Counted from the stretch's first letter, positions 28,551 to 45,261 are shown. The stretch: 64,000 nucleotides of DNA from the human T2T-CHM13v2.0 reference genome, Homo sapiens (GCF_009914755.1 NC_060936.1); one strand, 5' to 3'. Program-made: numbers and translations. The notes: generated by a model not told the origin, from the letters alone.

Positions 28551-29336
28551 AACTTTTTAACGAGTTTAGGGGGCTCCTACTCTCTGTAAAGTTCAATCTC
28601 ATTGAATTCTTGACTCATTGCTTTTGGGGACGATGAAGGCAGGGAGTTGGAGGAGGGACTCGGGGAAGGCAAGAGAGGGCTCAGGATGAGGAAGGCCTGT
28701 TTGCTTTTCCTGTTCTGTGGGAACATCTTTAAGTGAATGCTGGCATCACAACAGCTGTGCAGTGATCGCCACCTCTGTCAACGATGATGATAGAAGAGAA
28801 CAGGATTTCCAAATGAGTGGCTGAATTCCCTGAGCGTTTTTTATTTTTAATGAATTTTTCTCTTCCTTTTTTCCAACTTTTGGGCCTGCTCTTTATCGCG
28901 CACAGAAAGAAAACATTTCCTCAGTGGTGGCCAAAGCTCTTTTCAGGTTCTTCCACAGCAACAATAAATCAGCACAGCCTCTCCTTGTGGCCACCGTAGA
29001 TTTGCTGACCCTCTGCGTCTGCTCCCTGCCAAACCCAAGAGCTGAGGGTTGGGCCGTCAGCATCTGCCCCTTTATGCAAAGGGTTTCTGAAATGACAAGT
29101 CATGCCCACAGGACCCTGCTGTAGAATTCCTCAGGGCTGGGCAGGGACTGAGTGGGACAGAGAGAGACTCCAGTCCCCCTTCTTAGATGTGTTCTCAGAG
29201 AGATAAACATTTCTATTTGGTGGGAAAGGATCCCACCAAAAATGGGCTGCTGGTATGGTGTCTGGGCAGAAAAACCACTGAAGTGTCTCCCACAGGGCAA
29301 ATCAGGAAAACGTGGGCATCAAAATAAATAACAATG

Positions 29337-29650
29337 GGTCAGGCGCAGTGGCTCATGCCTGTAATCCCAGCACTTTGAGAGGCCGAGGGGGGCAGGCCAT
29401 TTGAGGTCCAGAGTTTGAGACCAGCCTGGCCAACATGGTGAAACCCCATCTCTACTAAAAATACAAAAATTAGCCGAGCATGGTGGCAGGCACCTGTAAT
29501 CCCAATTACTCAGGAGACTGAGGCAGGAGAATTGCTTGAACCCAGGAGGTGGAGGTTGTGGTGAGCCAAGAGATCACATCACTGCACTCCAGCCTGGGCA
29601 ACAGAGCAAGACTCTGTCTCAAAAAAATAAAAAATTAATAATAATAATTA
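29337..29650 (+). mobile_element. AluS
   Basis: Dimer; A/(TAA)n tail. Confidence 0.95.
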
Positions 29651-29935
29651 TAATAATGGCAGCACATTGAACCCATTAAATATAATAGGAAGCCATGACT
29701 CCACCTAACTGAATACATAAATGGAAAGTTTAATGAAGAATAGGATATATGTATGTTTTTAAACTACCTCACCACAAAATACTTATTAATTACTAAGAAT
29801 GACTTATTAATTACAAAGTCTAAACAAAATACTTATTCATTACAAAAAGTACAAGAACCAGTGGAAAGCCTGACAGACGCTTCCTTAAGCAAGAGATCAA
29901 AGTGAACACTATCATGATGGGACAAGCTGAGCTCA

Positions 29936-30595
<660 letters not shown>

Positions 30596-31146
30596 GAACC
30601 AACCGTAACTTGGTTCTGGACTGGATTATTTTGTTGTAAAGAACATTATTGGGACAATTGGCATAACTCAAATGGGATCTGAGGAATAGACAGCAGGGCT
30701 ATGTCAATGTTGATTTCCTGATTTTGCTGGTTAATGTGGGGTCATGCAGGACCACATCCTTGTTTGGAGGAATTCCACCCTAAAGTATTTAGGGGCAATG
30801 GGACATCAAATTGCAACTTACCATCAAATGGTTTAGGAAAAAATAATTCTTTGTACTGTCCTCCAATTTTTCCATAAATGTGATTTTGTTTTTCAAAATA
30901 AAAAAAATAAAAAAGAAAAGTAAGAAAAAAAAGAAGTCAGTGCCTTGTTTAGCTGGGAGGAAGGCCATGGTCTTGGGCACAAGCCTGAGATGTTTCTCGA
31001 AATTGAATTGCCTCTTTGCTGACTCCTGTGGGGACCTGGGTGGAAATGGAGGAGGGAGGCCTAAGATATCAGATGAATAAGTTTGCTCATAATCTTGCTA
31101 CTCAGTTAGAAGGATTCATGATGATTTGTTGTGTAATCTTTTAGGA

Positions 31147-31147
<1 letters not shown>

Positions 31148-31188
<41 letters not shown>
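31148..31188. repeat. (TG)n microsatellite (~20 units)
   Basis: Direct read. Confidence 0.97.
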
Positions 31189-31191
<3 letters not shown>

Positions 31192-31519
31192 AACCTTTTT
31201 TTTTTAACTGGACAACATACTATGCCTACCGTTTATGAGCTTGCCTACTTCATGGTATTCTTCAACATCATTTTTAAAGGTTAGCTAATGAGTATCCCAT
31301 TGGATGTGAATCATCATTTAGTTTACTAACCCCAGCTGGAGTTGGATTTGACATTCCTTGGTCCACCCTCCATACCTCATATTTTCAGTTCATGCTGTGC
31401 CTCAATGAGAAAGAAAAGAGGGAAGAGCTGCCAGGTTCTTTCTGGAAGACCTTATATTGTTTCCCACTTTCCCATGAACAGAATTGGGCAATGGGAGGAA
31501 GTTTTGAGGAGAGATTAAG

Positions 31520-31730
31520 ATCATGCTCAGATGAGCTAGGTTTAATGACCAATTCTCCTCTTACCAGCCATGTGAAGTTGGACATGTTACCTGACATCTG
31601 TGTGCCTCAGTTTCCTCATCTGTAAAAGGGGGTGAAATGAAAAGTACCCATCTCACAGCGTTATTGAAAGATGAACAGACTCTAAGTAGCTGGCACATGT
31701 AAGTGCTCATTGGTGTTGGCCATTGTTAAT
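31520..31730 (+). mobile_element. MIR
   Basis: ctgtgtgcctcagtttcctcatctgtaaaa. Confidence 0.8.
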
Positions 31731-32229
31731 ACTATGAATAAATGTAAGAGGCAACTTTTGAGGTCTGCAGAAGGTTAAAAAGACACCAAGTGGGGCAACC
31801 TCCTCTGCCGAAGGGGAAATAGTCCTCTGTGTTGGTGGTGAGGCATAATTATGATGGAAAAAACATTTTCCAAGGTCTGGAACTGACGTGTACTCCTTGT
31901 GACATTTTAATCTGTGAGTAATAGATTCCATTGCCTACAGGGCTGCAATTTTTCCATTTATTGCTTTTTCCTCTTCTCTCCCAAACCTGGATTCTGCCTT
32001 TTCTCAGCTCCAGCCTGCCTCTAGCAACCATGAACTGTTTCTGGATAATCCCCTTCCCGCGCCAGCTTCTCTACTCAACTCAGGCAAGGAAGCCGAAAGC
32101 CCCAGAGCCACACTGCCTTTCTCGGGGAAAGTGGAGAGGACCTACTGTTTGCTCCATTAGTTACATTGCTTTCCATGCTCATGACAACTCTCTAATGCAG
32201 ACACTGCAATGATCCAGGGTGCAGCAGAG

Positions 32230-32410
32230 GGGTTCCATGAATGGGCTTTGGAATCAGCGAGTACAGGACTGGCTTTGCCTCTCATACACTCACTGTGAAA
32301 CCTGAACATCTGAGGCTCAGTTTTCTTATCTCTAGAATGAGCGGGACAATACTAATGACCTTACAGGACTATTAGGAAGATTGAGTTAAATCACACATGT
32401 AAAGTATATG
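32230..32410 (+). mobile_element. MIR
   Basis: gggctttggaatcag...ctcagttttcttatctctagaatg. Confidence 0.7.
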
Positions 32411-32412
32411 CT

Positions 32413-32797
32413 TGTATTAGTCTGTTTTCACTCTGCTATAAAGAACTGCCTTAAACTCGGTAATTTATGAAGGAAAGAGGTTTAATTGACTCACAGGTCA
32501 GCATAGCTGGGGAGGCCTCAGGAAACTTACAATCATGGCAGAAGGGGAAGGGGAAGCAAGGCACCTTCTTCACAGGCGGCAAGAAGGAGAAGTGCCAAGT
32601 GAAGGGGGGAGAGTTCCTTATAAAACCATCAGATCTCGTGAGAACTCACTCATTCTCACAAGAACAGCATGGGGAGAATCGCCCTTATGATTCAATTACC
32701 TCCACCTGGTCTCTCCTTTGGCACATTGGGATTATGGGTATTATAGGGATTACAATTCAAAATGAGATTTAGGTGGGGACACAAAGCCTAACCATGT
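32413..32797 (-). mobile_element. THE1D/MSTA-type MaLR LTR
   Basis: tgtattagtctgttttcac...ggggaggcctcaggaaacttacaatcatggcagaagg...gggacacaaagcctaacc. Confidence 0.9.
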
Positions 32798-33039
32798 AAA
32801 TGGTTAATTAAACCTATTTCCTTCAATGATACAGCCCCTAGAGCACAATGGATGCTCAGTAGATGCTAATTACCATAATTATCATTATTTGGAGTTGAAA
32901 AAATGAGCCTTGGGGTAATATAATTATTATAACTATAATTAATAATTATACTCTTCTCATTACATTTTGGAGGTGCAGAAACCCTGGTATACTTATCTCT
33001 AAGTTTAGTCCTTTTCCCACTGTACACAGCGGCTTGTCC

Positions 33040-33355
33040 CACTGTGCTGAAAACTACCATTCCCCTATCTTCTATAGTAATAGAAATTCTAGATGATTGT
33101 ATGACCACCAGCTAAGATTACATTTCCCAGGCATCCTTGAGGCAAGATGTGGCCATGTGACTAGTTTGGCTGGTCGAATGCGCGTGGAAGTGGTATTTGA
33201 AGCTTCCTGGTTAGGTATTTACAAGGAAAGGGCCTGCTTTCCCTTGTCCCTTTCCCTCTTGGGTTGACTGAGTGGATTTTGACATAGAAGGATATAAACT
33301 TCTATCTTGTGTAAGCCATTGTATTTTGAGTCTCTTTGTTACAGCAGTCAAACCC
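33040..33355 (+). mobile_element. Old ERVL/MaLR LTR fragment
   Basis: tacatttcccag...gtggccatgtgactagt; tgtaagccattgtatttt..tttgttacagcag. Confidence 0.55.
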
Positions 33356-35295
33356 TCAAAGAGAGGGAGTAGCAGTGTTGGTAGTAACAGGACTCAGGCT
33401 AGGAGTCAGGAGACTTGGCTCTATCCCTCATTTGCTTCATGGCTAAAATATTCATTTGCTCCCTTATCTGACAACATTTTGCCAGCACCTGTACAAGACA
33501 TTAGCAAGAGATAAATAAAACATAGCTCCAGAAATTATCTAATCCATCTGCAGTCTTGGTGATGTTATCCATGTTAATCTTTCAGGACGATATGCTCACT
33601 TATAGAGGATATGGAGTTCAGTTGCAGATGCAGACCAGGGCTCTTAAATAATTGCTCTGCAGGTTCCAAACATTTTATGGGTTCAGAATGGGTTACAAGG
33701 CTGTTAATATACTGAGCAAAATGCTTAAAACAATCATAGATGTTGAGACACTTACTAATTGCAAATCCTTTGCAAGATATCGAACCTCAGTTCCAGTTGT
33801 CATATGGAAATAATGGTATGAAGGGAATTAAATTAGAGAACACATATAAAGTACTTAACACTCTATCTGACATTTAGGAAGCAGTCAATAAGTGCTGTTG
33901 ACAATGACAACAATGAAAACAATGACAATGATGATGATGATGAAGGCATAGGCTTGATTTTCCACTGCCCTGGAAAATCGGCCAACCAAGGCCCTCAGAA
34001 AAGCAGTCATCACCAATACTCTGCCACCCATGTGTACTCTGAGGGCCAAACGAGGCTGTCTTTGTTAAAACACTTTTTAAGAAGGGAGATGTGATAGTGG
34101 GGGGACATCTTTGACAACATCCAAACCTGCAGCATTCCACCCTACCTACCTTGGTCCCTCAAATTACTTTTCTTGTCTTTGCCAAGCTCCCATCTGATGA
34201 CTGCTGCTGCATTGCAATGCTTTACTATTAACTCTGAGGGGTTATTCTATTGACTAGTGATCGTCATCTAGTCTCCATGTCCACTGGGATCTGTCCACAT
34301 ACATGCAAAATTCATCAGATAAAAGTCAGGAAAAGGAAAAAGTTTTAGTCTAATGATTATATTAAATAACCTCTTTACCTTTGAATACTCATAATGAGTT
34401 ACCTTTTTGAATTCTGGAATGCTGACTCTCAATACAAGGTGCTATACATGGAATTTCATATATATTGTATTGTATGTTCCTTAATTCCACAGACTAATGA
34501 TTATTATCCTGACTGCAGGTAAGGAAACTGATTCAGGATGTAACTTCCTAGGTACATAGAGGCAAATCAAGAAACTAATAAAGTTTAAGCTCAGCCCCCT
34601 TGTTTACACAATCCTCTTCCAAGACCCTGTACTGATCTCGAATCCATGTTTGTGCTCTTTTTCTTAGAGAGCCCCCCGAATTTTATCAGCTACAAGCCCT
34701 ACAAAATCTGGATCTGTCCCTATAAGTCATATAGATGCTAAATATTGGAGCCAGAATTTGAACAGCAATTATTTAGTATTTTAATTAAGTGTAACTTGAA
34801 TTCTTTGTAATTTATTAAAATAGTGGTATAGGCACATAAAGTTGTGCCAATGAACCAATGCTGGTCCATGAGTTTGGGATTGGAATCTCCCAGTGATATG
34901 CCCAAATGATATGCTGCATAAATTTTATGGAGTCAATATATTGGTATCAGCACTTCCTATTGCCCAAGGTTCTACACTTGATAATGACCATAATACCTTG
35001 GTTTTACAGAACATATATTCTCTAACATGCTCAGAGACTGCATCCATTATTCTGACGAGGCAGAATTATCTCCTTCACATTGTAATTGCTAATCAAGCTG
35101 AGAAAACAAACATCTTAATGGGGGAACCAGAGTAGAAGATGAAGGGACTGATCAGGAGCATATAGGAGACACCCTCTGGGAATTCCAAGATATGACTCAG
35201 GGACCTGTCGAGTGAGGGCACTGGGCAGTTTGTCTTTAAAAGTGAAGAAATACACCTGACTCCAGTCTGTCCCCAGACTTGAAAGTTCTAACTGA

Positions 35296-35827
<532 letters not shown>

Positions 35828-36627
35828 ACATGTGGCCACCTTTTGCCTCCCATTATGAACCTGGGTTATGTTGATGGTTGAGCTGAATGCTCCTGTTGTG
35901 ACACCAACCCTATCCTTCAGGATGGTTAGCCAGAGAGAACTCTCAGATTCTCTTTCTCTCTCATCTGCCGCCACAGGGTCTTCCCTGCCTAACAATCTCT
36001 GTGTATGGTTTAAATCACCTCCAGAGCTTCACCTGGTAGAGAAAAACAAACTCACCTGAAGTTTCCAATTCTTCTAATTTAATTCCAGGAAAAGTGCCAT
36101 CTGCACATCTTTGGTATCAAGATCTCTGCTTATCTCATCACCAAAATGTCAGCAAACAACAGTAAAAACTATGACTCACATTCAAACCAATCTGGTATTA
36201 AAGATAGGGAGGCGTGACTTTCTTTATCCCTTGAGAGGAGAGATAAAACTAATTCTTTCTCATTTTTCCAGGAAAGCAGGGTGCACGTTGGGTAAAGAGA
36301 TGGGTGGAGGATAAGCCAGAACTTCTGAGTCCTGTGCCAACTGCTCCAAGCTTGGCAAAGGCATGCCAAGAAAACAAAGACATGCTGGAGGTCAAGGTCC
36401 CTGCGGGGGCCTCAGTGGAGACAATGGAAATATGTGGTGATTCCCTTCGTCCAGCACCCTCCCTTGGAGTCAGAGAGGGATGCTATGTAATGTGCCACTT
36501 TCCAGAACAGCTACTGGAGGGTTGTTTCTGACTATTTGACAAGGCTTTGAAATCCTGAACCACCTCCATTATAGCTAGAACAGCTATCTCTCTCTTTTTT
36601 TTTATCCCCCTACTTCTTTAATATTAA

Positions 36628-36945
36628 GGCTGGGCACTGTGGCTCATGCCTATAAACATAGCACTTTGAGAGGCTGAGGCAGGAGAATTGCTTGAGGCCA
36701 GGAGTTCAAGACCAACTTGGGCAACATAGCGAGACCCCCATCTCTACAAAAAATAAATATAAAATAATTAGCCAGGCATGGTGGTGAGCCTGTAGTCCCA
36801 GTTACTTGGGAGGCTGAGGCTGGAGGATCACTTGAGCACAGGAGTTTGAGGCTGCAGTGAGCTATGATCGCCACTGCACTCCAGCCTGGGTGACACAGTG
36901 AGACCCTGTCTGTCAAGAAAACAAGCAAAAACAAAAACAAACAAA
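36628..36945 (+). mobile_element. AluJ
   Basis: J diagnostics; (CAAA)n tail. Confidence 0.93.
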
Positions 36946-37048
36946 AACTCCCCCACCACCACCCCCAAGCAACAACAAATTTAAATAATTAATACACACA
37001 TGGGGGAAAATTAAAAAGTTAAGATGAGTTTGTAATAAAAAGAAATAG

Positions 37049-37392
<344 letters not shown>

Positions 37393-38237
37393 AACAGGTC
37401 TCTTTCTTTAGATACCATTTCTTTTTTTATATTTTAAAGTTTTAACTTGTCTAGTGGTTGCCTTCATATTGATAAATACATTTGCTATACTGACGTTTCA
37501 TTATTTATCAACTTTATAATTTAAACACTGACTTCCTGTGAGGATAAATTATTGTTTCACTCAATTCCTCCTCTAATCCCCTTACCCTTCACAAAGTTGC
37601 ATCACTGTTTTCAGTTCACAGCTTTTGTATTTCAAAATGTTATCTTTGAAGGATGATTTATCTTATTATATCTTATCACCTAAAACCAATTCTTGCTAAT
37701 TTATTCCAAAAAATGAGGTGTTTTTTTTTTTTGAAGGACAGATACCCATAAAAATCAAAGAAGGTGGCTTTGAAGTCAGGTTTCAGAAAAGCCAGCAGTA
37801 AGAGTTGTCCTGAAAATTTCAGGAGCAAGAATTAATGCATTGTCTCTTTAGGGCATTGCACAGTGTAAAGTAATGGGGATTTAACTTTTTATTTCTGAGA
37901 AAGATAGAGTCTGATTGGCTTACATTGGGCCACATGCTCACCCATCAACTAAGGAAGGTAGGGCAGGTTGACAATCTCATGAAGACTTCATGTGTTGGGG
38001 ATGGTAAGTGACCCAAATAAAAACTGGAGTGCTGTTACTCAAAGATGAAAATAAGGTTGCTGGGTACTCAGCTCCTCCCTTTGTGAGACATTATACATTA
38101 CATGATCACCACTTCCTTCCCTTTGCTTTTCCTTTCCTATGTCTCTCACTTAAATCTATGGTCTTACACTAAGAAGATTCATTATATTTATATCTTTTTT
38201 TGTGCATACTTTGTGTTTTTGCTGATTTCAAAAATTA

Positions 38238-38582
<345 letters not shown>

Positions 38583-39399
38583 TTACAGTACTATCTTTTT
38601 GGAGAGAAGAAAATTGTGCTATGATTACATTCATTTTCTTATATCTTTTTATTTTTCCTGGAATTTCTAATTGCCTTCATTTTGTATTCTCTGCCTTTAT
38701 CCTATGCTTATGCTCCTAAGAAGTCTCAAGCACACTGCCTGTTAAGGAAGCTCCTTTCTCCCCCAGAGCCCTCCTCTTGGAAAGCTCCATTTATCACTCC
38801 CCTCATTTAGACTGACTGTCTTCTGGGACTGATCATAAGTTGTCATTTTCCTTCCCTTCCTTTCTCCCCCAAGTTGGGCACATCATTCCCTAAATCTCAT
38901 GATTTCATCTTTCTTGACTCATGTGTCTTCTCAAGTAACTCCCCAATGAAGAATGAATAAGAAGTAAGCTTTTCAAGTATCGCATGTCTAAATATGTCTA
39001 TTCTGCCTGCATTGTTTAATGATATTTTGTCTGGGATAGACTTCAAAGCAAAGATAATTTTTCTTCAGTTTTATAGGTTTGCTCCATTTTCTTTAAGCAC
39101 TCAGTGCTGCTGTTCAGAATTCAGATGTCAGTCTTTTTCTTTCTTGTTCCTCTATAGAGAAATTTTTTTGTTGTTGTTGTTCTGAAGCTTTTTAGTATGG
39201 TTTCACCTTGGAAAATTTATTTGCATTACTTCTTTTTCTCCCTTTTCTGTTTTCCCTTTTTGGAACTCCTATTAGTCAGATGTTGGATCTTCTGCATCGA
39301 TCCTTTATGACACTTATTTTTTTCTCTCAGATTTTTGTCTCTCATCTCAACATTTTGGAAGTTTCCTTCAACTTTATCTGTCTACCCCTCCCTTGAAAC

Positions 39400-39952
39400 T
39401 GACATAGCAGGAGCACCATCATCTCAGACAAACACCACCACTTTAAGTGCCAGCTCCCTTTCTGGACTCATGTATTTCAAGGAAATCACTTCTGTTCTAA
39501 TTACAAGCAGCCAGAAAGAGCAGACAGTAAAACAAAGATAAGACAGCTCGGGCACAGAGGGAGGTCGGGGGAAAGTCTCTTGGGTAACTGCCAAACTTCA
39601 CCCTCATACAGTAAAACAGTGGGCCTTAATAAGCACATTCATTTCCCTTCAGGTGCACTAAGTTAGGGAAGCTAAAAGCAGACTGGGGGGATATGCCTGC
39701 AGCTACAGAAAGATGTATGGGGATAGATACATAACTCACCCTCCCGGATAAGTACAACAAAGAGACACAGAAGCAGCCCAAGCCTCTGATAAACTCTCCC
39801 ACCCTGAATCCTTACAATCTCTTAGTCTTTAAGAGAGTGGGCTCTGACCTAAAACGCCCAGAAGCCCCTCTCAGGTTTATTTAAAATAAACTTGTCCCCG
39901 TTGACTGAAAAGCCACCCTTTGTGTTTCTCCCCTCTTTCTTTAATTCTTACA
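39400..39952 (+). mobile_element. ERV1 solo LTR (LTR19-like)
   Basis: TG...CA ends; exact 5-bp TSD gaaac; AATAAA ~39885. Confidence 0.8.
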
Positions 39953-40426
39953 GAAACTTTTATTTTGGCAATCATATTTCTAATTCCTAAAAGCTCTTAT
40001 TTGGTATATAGTTGCTCATTTTTCCCAGCATACCATTCTAATTTTACGGATGCAATTGTTTCTGAAGTTTCTTTGAAGACATAATTCAATTTTTAACATA
40101 TTCTTGTTTTTTAATATATCTGTCTCCTCTTGGATCATATTTTTTATTTTGTTCTTTTTCATCAGTGTTGGAAGCTTTTCTGAAATGTATGATGATCTTG
40201 ATGTTTTAAAAAAGAAAGAGGCAATGTAAGGCTGAAAGGAGTCTTGAGAATGTGGCTGGAGCTTGCCACATAATTGGCTCCACATTGCAGAGAGGGTGGG
40301 AAGAAGACCATGGCACTGGGGTCCCACAGTGTCAAAACATAGAGGTGTTTGGTGTCCATTACCCATATTGGTTACTCAGTTGTTACATGACAACTCATCA
40401 ATTTCTTTAAAGAATAGATAAATAAA

Positions 40427-40787
40427 TGTTACTGGATGAATTGTATCCCTCTAAAATTTGCAGTAAGTCTTAAACCCCAGTATCTCAGAATGTGACTGTA
40501 TTTGGAGATAGTCTCAAGAGGTAATTAAGTTAAAATAAGGTCATTAGGGTAAGCCCTAGTGCCATTTGACTGGCATCCTTATAACAAGAGGAAATTGGGA
40601 CACATACAGGAAGACCATGTGAAGATACAGGGAAAAGACAGTCATCTAAAAACCAAGGAAGAAACTGACTCTGCCAATGTCTTGATCTTGGACTTATGAT
40701 CTCCAGAATTGTGAGAAAATAAATGTCTATTGTTTAAATCACCCAGACTGTAGTAATTTATGATGGCAGCCCTAGCAAACTAATATA
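40427..40787 (+). mobile_element. MLT1B-type MaLR LTR
   Basis: cccagtatctcagaatgtgactgtatttggagatag...gcagccctagcaaactaata. Confidence 0.85.
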
Positions 40788-41154
40788 ACAATGCTTCTTT
40801 TGGAGGCATAGACGGTAAACACTGGATATGTGATATAAACAGACTGGTCCTGTTTTAGGACTCAACTCTCACTCCATCCCTGTGCCCGCTCTGAGCATAG
40901 TCTAGGTTTTCTGTTCTCTACTCTGGTGGATTGGTCAATATTATTTCATCTGATTTTCAGAAATTTGTTTAAATTTCAAATCTGCTGATAGCTCTTCTCT
41001 TGGTTTCTATTTTGTTATGAAATTGTAGCTTTTATTACAACATCAGTGTCCTCTCTGGAGGAAAAGGACAGAAATGTGTGTGCTTGGATTGCCGTATCAA
41101 ACCTCCAGTCTAGGTCATTTTACTTCCACCACCTTTTATTAAAAGCCTACTATA

Positions 41155-41460
<306 letters not shown>

Positions 41461-41568
41461 CCTATTATATACTAGGACCTGTTTAGCTACTAGTGATACA
41501 AGATGAACACCACAAAATACCTGCTTTTAAGGAAGTCAACAAGTGAAGGAAATAGTGATGTTATGGCA

Positions 41569-42068
41569 TGTGGCAGATGTAATTGATTGGCTCACTCAAC
41601 ATACCTTTTGGCTTTCCATCCTCTGCTATAGAGACTAGCAAACTAAAATATACGTTTTGTGGAACCTCTTGCAGATAGGGTTCAGGTATGTGGCCTGTGT
41701 TCTTCTAATGAGATGTACTAGCATAAGTGGAAACAGAAGTGCCACATGAGGTGGCAGCCACACACAGGGTGAATGAATTTTCTGATAAGAAGAGTGGTAG
41801 AAGTGTCAAGTTCTTCTGATATGGCTGTCGCCATGCTTATATCTTCAGGCCTTCAATGGGTAATTAATGATGAGGATCAACAGCAGCCGCCGCCATGTCT
41901 CACTGAAGCAGCTAGTGTGGTTGTGCTCTTTCCTAGCTAGATAACATTGAAACCTGGTTCCCTATCCCTCCCAAACACTCTTTGAGCCACCCAATATCCT
42001 TTAACACATTTATTTCTGCTTGAACTAGCCAGAGTAACTTGGTTGTTTGCATATAAGAACCTTGACAT
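41569..42068 (+). mobile_element. ERVL LTR (LTR16/LTR33-like)
   Basis: tgtggcagatg start; 3' end ttctgcttgaactagccagagt..gttgtttgca..aagaaccttgac. Confidence 0.55.
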
Positions 42069-42244
42069 GGAGGCACATACTGGATATATGGGAATGGAAG
42101 CAAAGAGGCTTTCCCCTACCTGGAATGAAAGAAAGTATTTCACAGAATGAATGGCAACTGAGCAGAGACTTACTGGATAAGGAGAAGTTTACCGAGTGAG
42201 CAAATGTAGGCGATTTCAGGCAATGGTACATCAGTGAGAAAGCT

Positions 42245-42365
42245 CATATTCATTCATTTATGTATTCAGTACTCATCAGCACATATTATGTTCTAGGTAC
42301 CGTGCTAGACCCTAGGCATACAACAGTGAGTAAGACAATTATAATTCCTACCCACAGAATGTTTA
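42245..42365 (-). mobile_element. L2 3' end
   Basis: attcattcatt...tatgttctaggtaccgtgctag...acagtgagtaagaca. Confidence 0.7.
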
Positions 42366-42589
42366 CATTTTTCCAAATTGTGCATGCAGATTAGGCTAAC
42401 CTGTAACCTTTTAGATATGGAGATCCCTGTTCATCCGAAGTAACTGCCTTTTGAGAGGTGAAGAAATACACTTTCTTGGCTGCCTTCCTACAAGTAAGTA
42501 AGGGTGAGACAATCCTAAGACTACTGAAATATTTGGTTATATCCAGGTAAAAATGATTGTCCTTTTCTGAATAAATAGTCCTGTCTATC

Positions 42590-42957
42590 TGATATAGTTT
42601 GGCTGTGTCCCCACCCAAATCTCATCTTGAATTGTAGCTCCCATTATCCCCACATATCATGGGAGGGACCCTGTGAGAGGTAATTGAATCATGGGGGACG
42701 GGTTTTCCTGTGCTGTTCTTACGATAGTGAATAAGTCCCATGAGATCTGGTTGTTTTATAAAGGGCAGTTCCTCCGCACATGCTCTCTTGCCTGCAGCCA
42801 TGTAAGATGTGCCTTTCCTCCTCCTTCATCTTCTGCCATGATTGTGAGGCTTCCCCAGCCATGTGGAACTGTGAGTCCATTAAACCTCTTTTTCTTTATA
42901 AATTACCCAGTCTCGGGTATGTCTTTATTAGCAGCATGAGACCAGACTAATAATACA
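42590..42957 (+). mobile_element. THE1 solo LTR (THE1B/C-like)
   Basis: tgatatagtttggctgtgtccccacccaaatctcatcttgaattgtagctccc; exact TSD ctatc. Confidence 0.93.
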
Positions 42958-43589
42958 CTATCCTGCCTAATCAGTGCCCAAAGTAGTGTGTGTTGGTGCT
43001 TCAGAAAGTCAGGGCTAGAGGAGGATAGGCATTGACAAGAGGCATAAAAACATGCCAGTGCCATGGCCCACTTTTCCATATCAGGTCTGATGGAGAGAAA
43101 AATCCAATTGTCGAACCTCAAAACCACTTCAGACATCCACTATCATTATAGTCTCTTGGCTTTGTGTCTTAGACTCCAAATGGCCAAGCCCAGTCATGGA
43201 ATGACAAGTCCCAAGGAACAGCATATGATGGGGTTGATGTTCCTAGGCCTGAGGAAATTTGCTGTCAACGGCCTTCTGTGTGCTGATAATCCTTTTACCT
43301 GGAAGGCTTGAAGCTTTGGCTGGGTTTTTGATTTATAAATGACTTGAAAGATAATGTCCCTTCCTGATTCACAGTGAGTTATTGTCTATAATACCATCCT
43401 CACTTTTCCTTGGCTGTCTCCCTCTTGAGAATTGGCTCAGTCATATGCTCATTAATTAAATCCATGGGAACTGATGGGAAGCCAATGGCAATGGCAATCC
43501 AAGAAGGCAAATTTCAGATTCCAATAGCCAGTTGCAGAGTCTAATTTTCAAAGATTTCATTATTAGAACGTTTTGTGAAAGCAATCTAT

Positions 43590-43830
43590 AATAACAATAG
43601 TTAACATTTACAGAATGCTTCTTATGTGCCAGTAGCTATGATAAGTATTGACATGCACTTTCATCTTTAATCCTCACAACCTCACTCTGACATTGGTATT
43701 CTTATTGTTGCTGGATTAAGATGATGACATTGGGGTGGTTAAGTAAACTGTTCAAATTGAGTCAGCCAAGAAGTGGCAGAACCAAGATTAGAACCTGGGG
43801 CAGTCAAAATCTAAGGCCTGAGCTCTAAAA
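43590..43830 (-). mobile_element. MIR
   Basis: aacatttacagaatgcttcttatgtgccag...tttaatcctcacaac...gaagtggcagaaccaagatt. Confidence 0.75.
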
Positions 43831-45056
43831 TACTTCATTCTATTGTCTCCCTTTTAGAGCTGGTGTTTTGGTTCTGATAATTTATCCTCCATTGCCCTCC
43901 TACGCCTCCTTGGCCCTGGCATAGAGTTTAAACAAAATTAAGGTTTACTTAAGCCAAAGATTTGATCATAATTATGAGCCGAACTTAATCAAGTTAGTTT
44001 CATGTATAGGCACAGCCTAAAATACAGCATTGGAAGTTTCTTCTCTGATGGGTCTAACTGGCATATGAATTGCAGCATTCATGGCTCCAAAACAGTTGGG
44101 ATTTTAACTCAATAGAAAAAACAGGGGTACATTATTTAAAATGTCCTTTCTAAGGTGCCGTCACATTGCAAGTTGTTTTACGACATTCAGTGATAACCCA
44201 CTGGTGTTACTACTACGTGTGTGTGTGTATGTGTGTATTTATATATTTATATTTATTTCTAAGATCTCTACATAGAATATTACAGAAATTCAGCTGGAAT
44301 TTGATCTTTACAAATCTGGAGATAACCAAATCATTTTTCGGATTTAAGTGAAGACACTCTCCCTGCTAAAACAGCACTTTTCTTAGATTCATTTCTAGAA
44401 TTGCATTGGTAATGCATGAAAGTAGTATAAATGTGTTGCTAACCCATCTGCAGATGGTGGTTCTCTTTTTAGTAAACATGCAGGGGCTGTAATAGCACTG
44501 TTTAGAACAAATGGGGCAGGTTCTCTGATTAAGACTGATCGCAACGAATTTAACCATTTCTCTACATTATGAGGAGATGGGAATTGAAAGCAATCACTTC
44601 CTTTTGATATATTTCCTTAATATTATTTAGATTTCACCCTTGAGATACAAATGCTATAAGTTATTTCAGCCTTCTGAGCACAGGCAAGTTAGATGGCCAG
44701 CATCCAGATTGGATAAGAGAGGAAAAGTGGCTTAAATGCAATCTCTTCCATTGCAAACTCCCAAACTGTGAAGGACAAAGTCCAGTTTAGAAAATACAAA
44801 TGGCAGTTTCTCTCCAAAGACTCTTGGAGGTTTTCTAAATAGATCCCAGAATTCCAGGAATTTATAAGAAGAGGACCTCAAGTATCGTCCAGAGCACACA
44901 GGAGAGCCCGTGCTGGCTCTAGTGTGAAAACCAATCACACCTCAGTACAATCTCCTTCACCCTCATAATGAAAAGGAATATGCCCTGACTGCCATTTCTC
45001 ATTTACTTTATTTTATCGTGTTGTTTTTTCCTTAAAAAAAAGAGAGAGAGAGAAAG

Positions 45057-45173
45057 AGAGACAGGGTTTCCCTATGTTGCTCAGGCTGGTCTTGAACCCC
45101 TGGGCTCAAGCAATCTGCCAGCCTCAGCCTCCCAAAGTGCTGGGATTACAGGTGAGAGCCACCACACCCAGCC
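45057..45173 (-). mobile_element. Alu left monomer (FLAM-like)
   Basis: Antisense monomer. Confidence 0.85.
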
Positions 45174-45261
45174 TGTGTTGTATTTTCCTAACAAAATAAG
45201 TTTGTTGTAGAAAAGTAGAAAATAGTCCACTGTGAAAAGTTAGACAAAAAGATACATAAAA

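Noticed and set aside
29776-29846. Triple acttattaattac repeat (also small tandem repeats at ~47396-47450 and ~62908-62958)
   Set aside because: Ordinary slippage duplications within old repeats; no unique spacers, so not CRISPR-like
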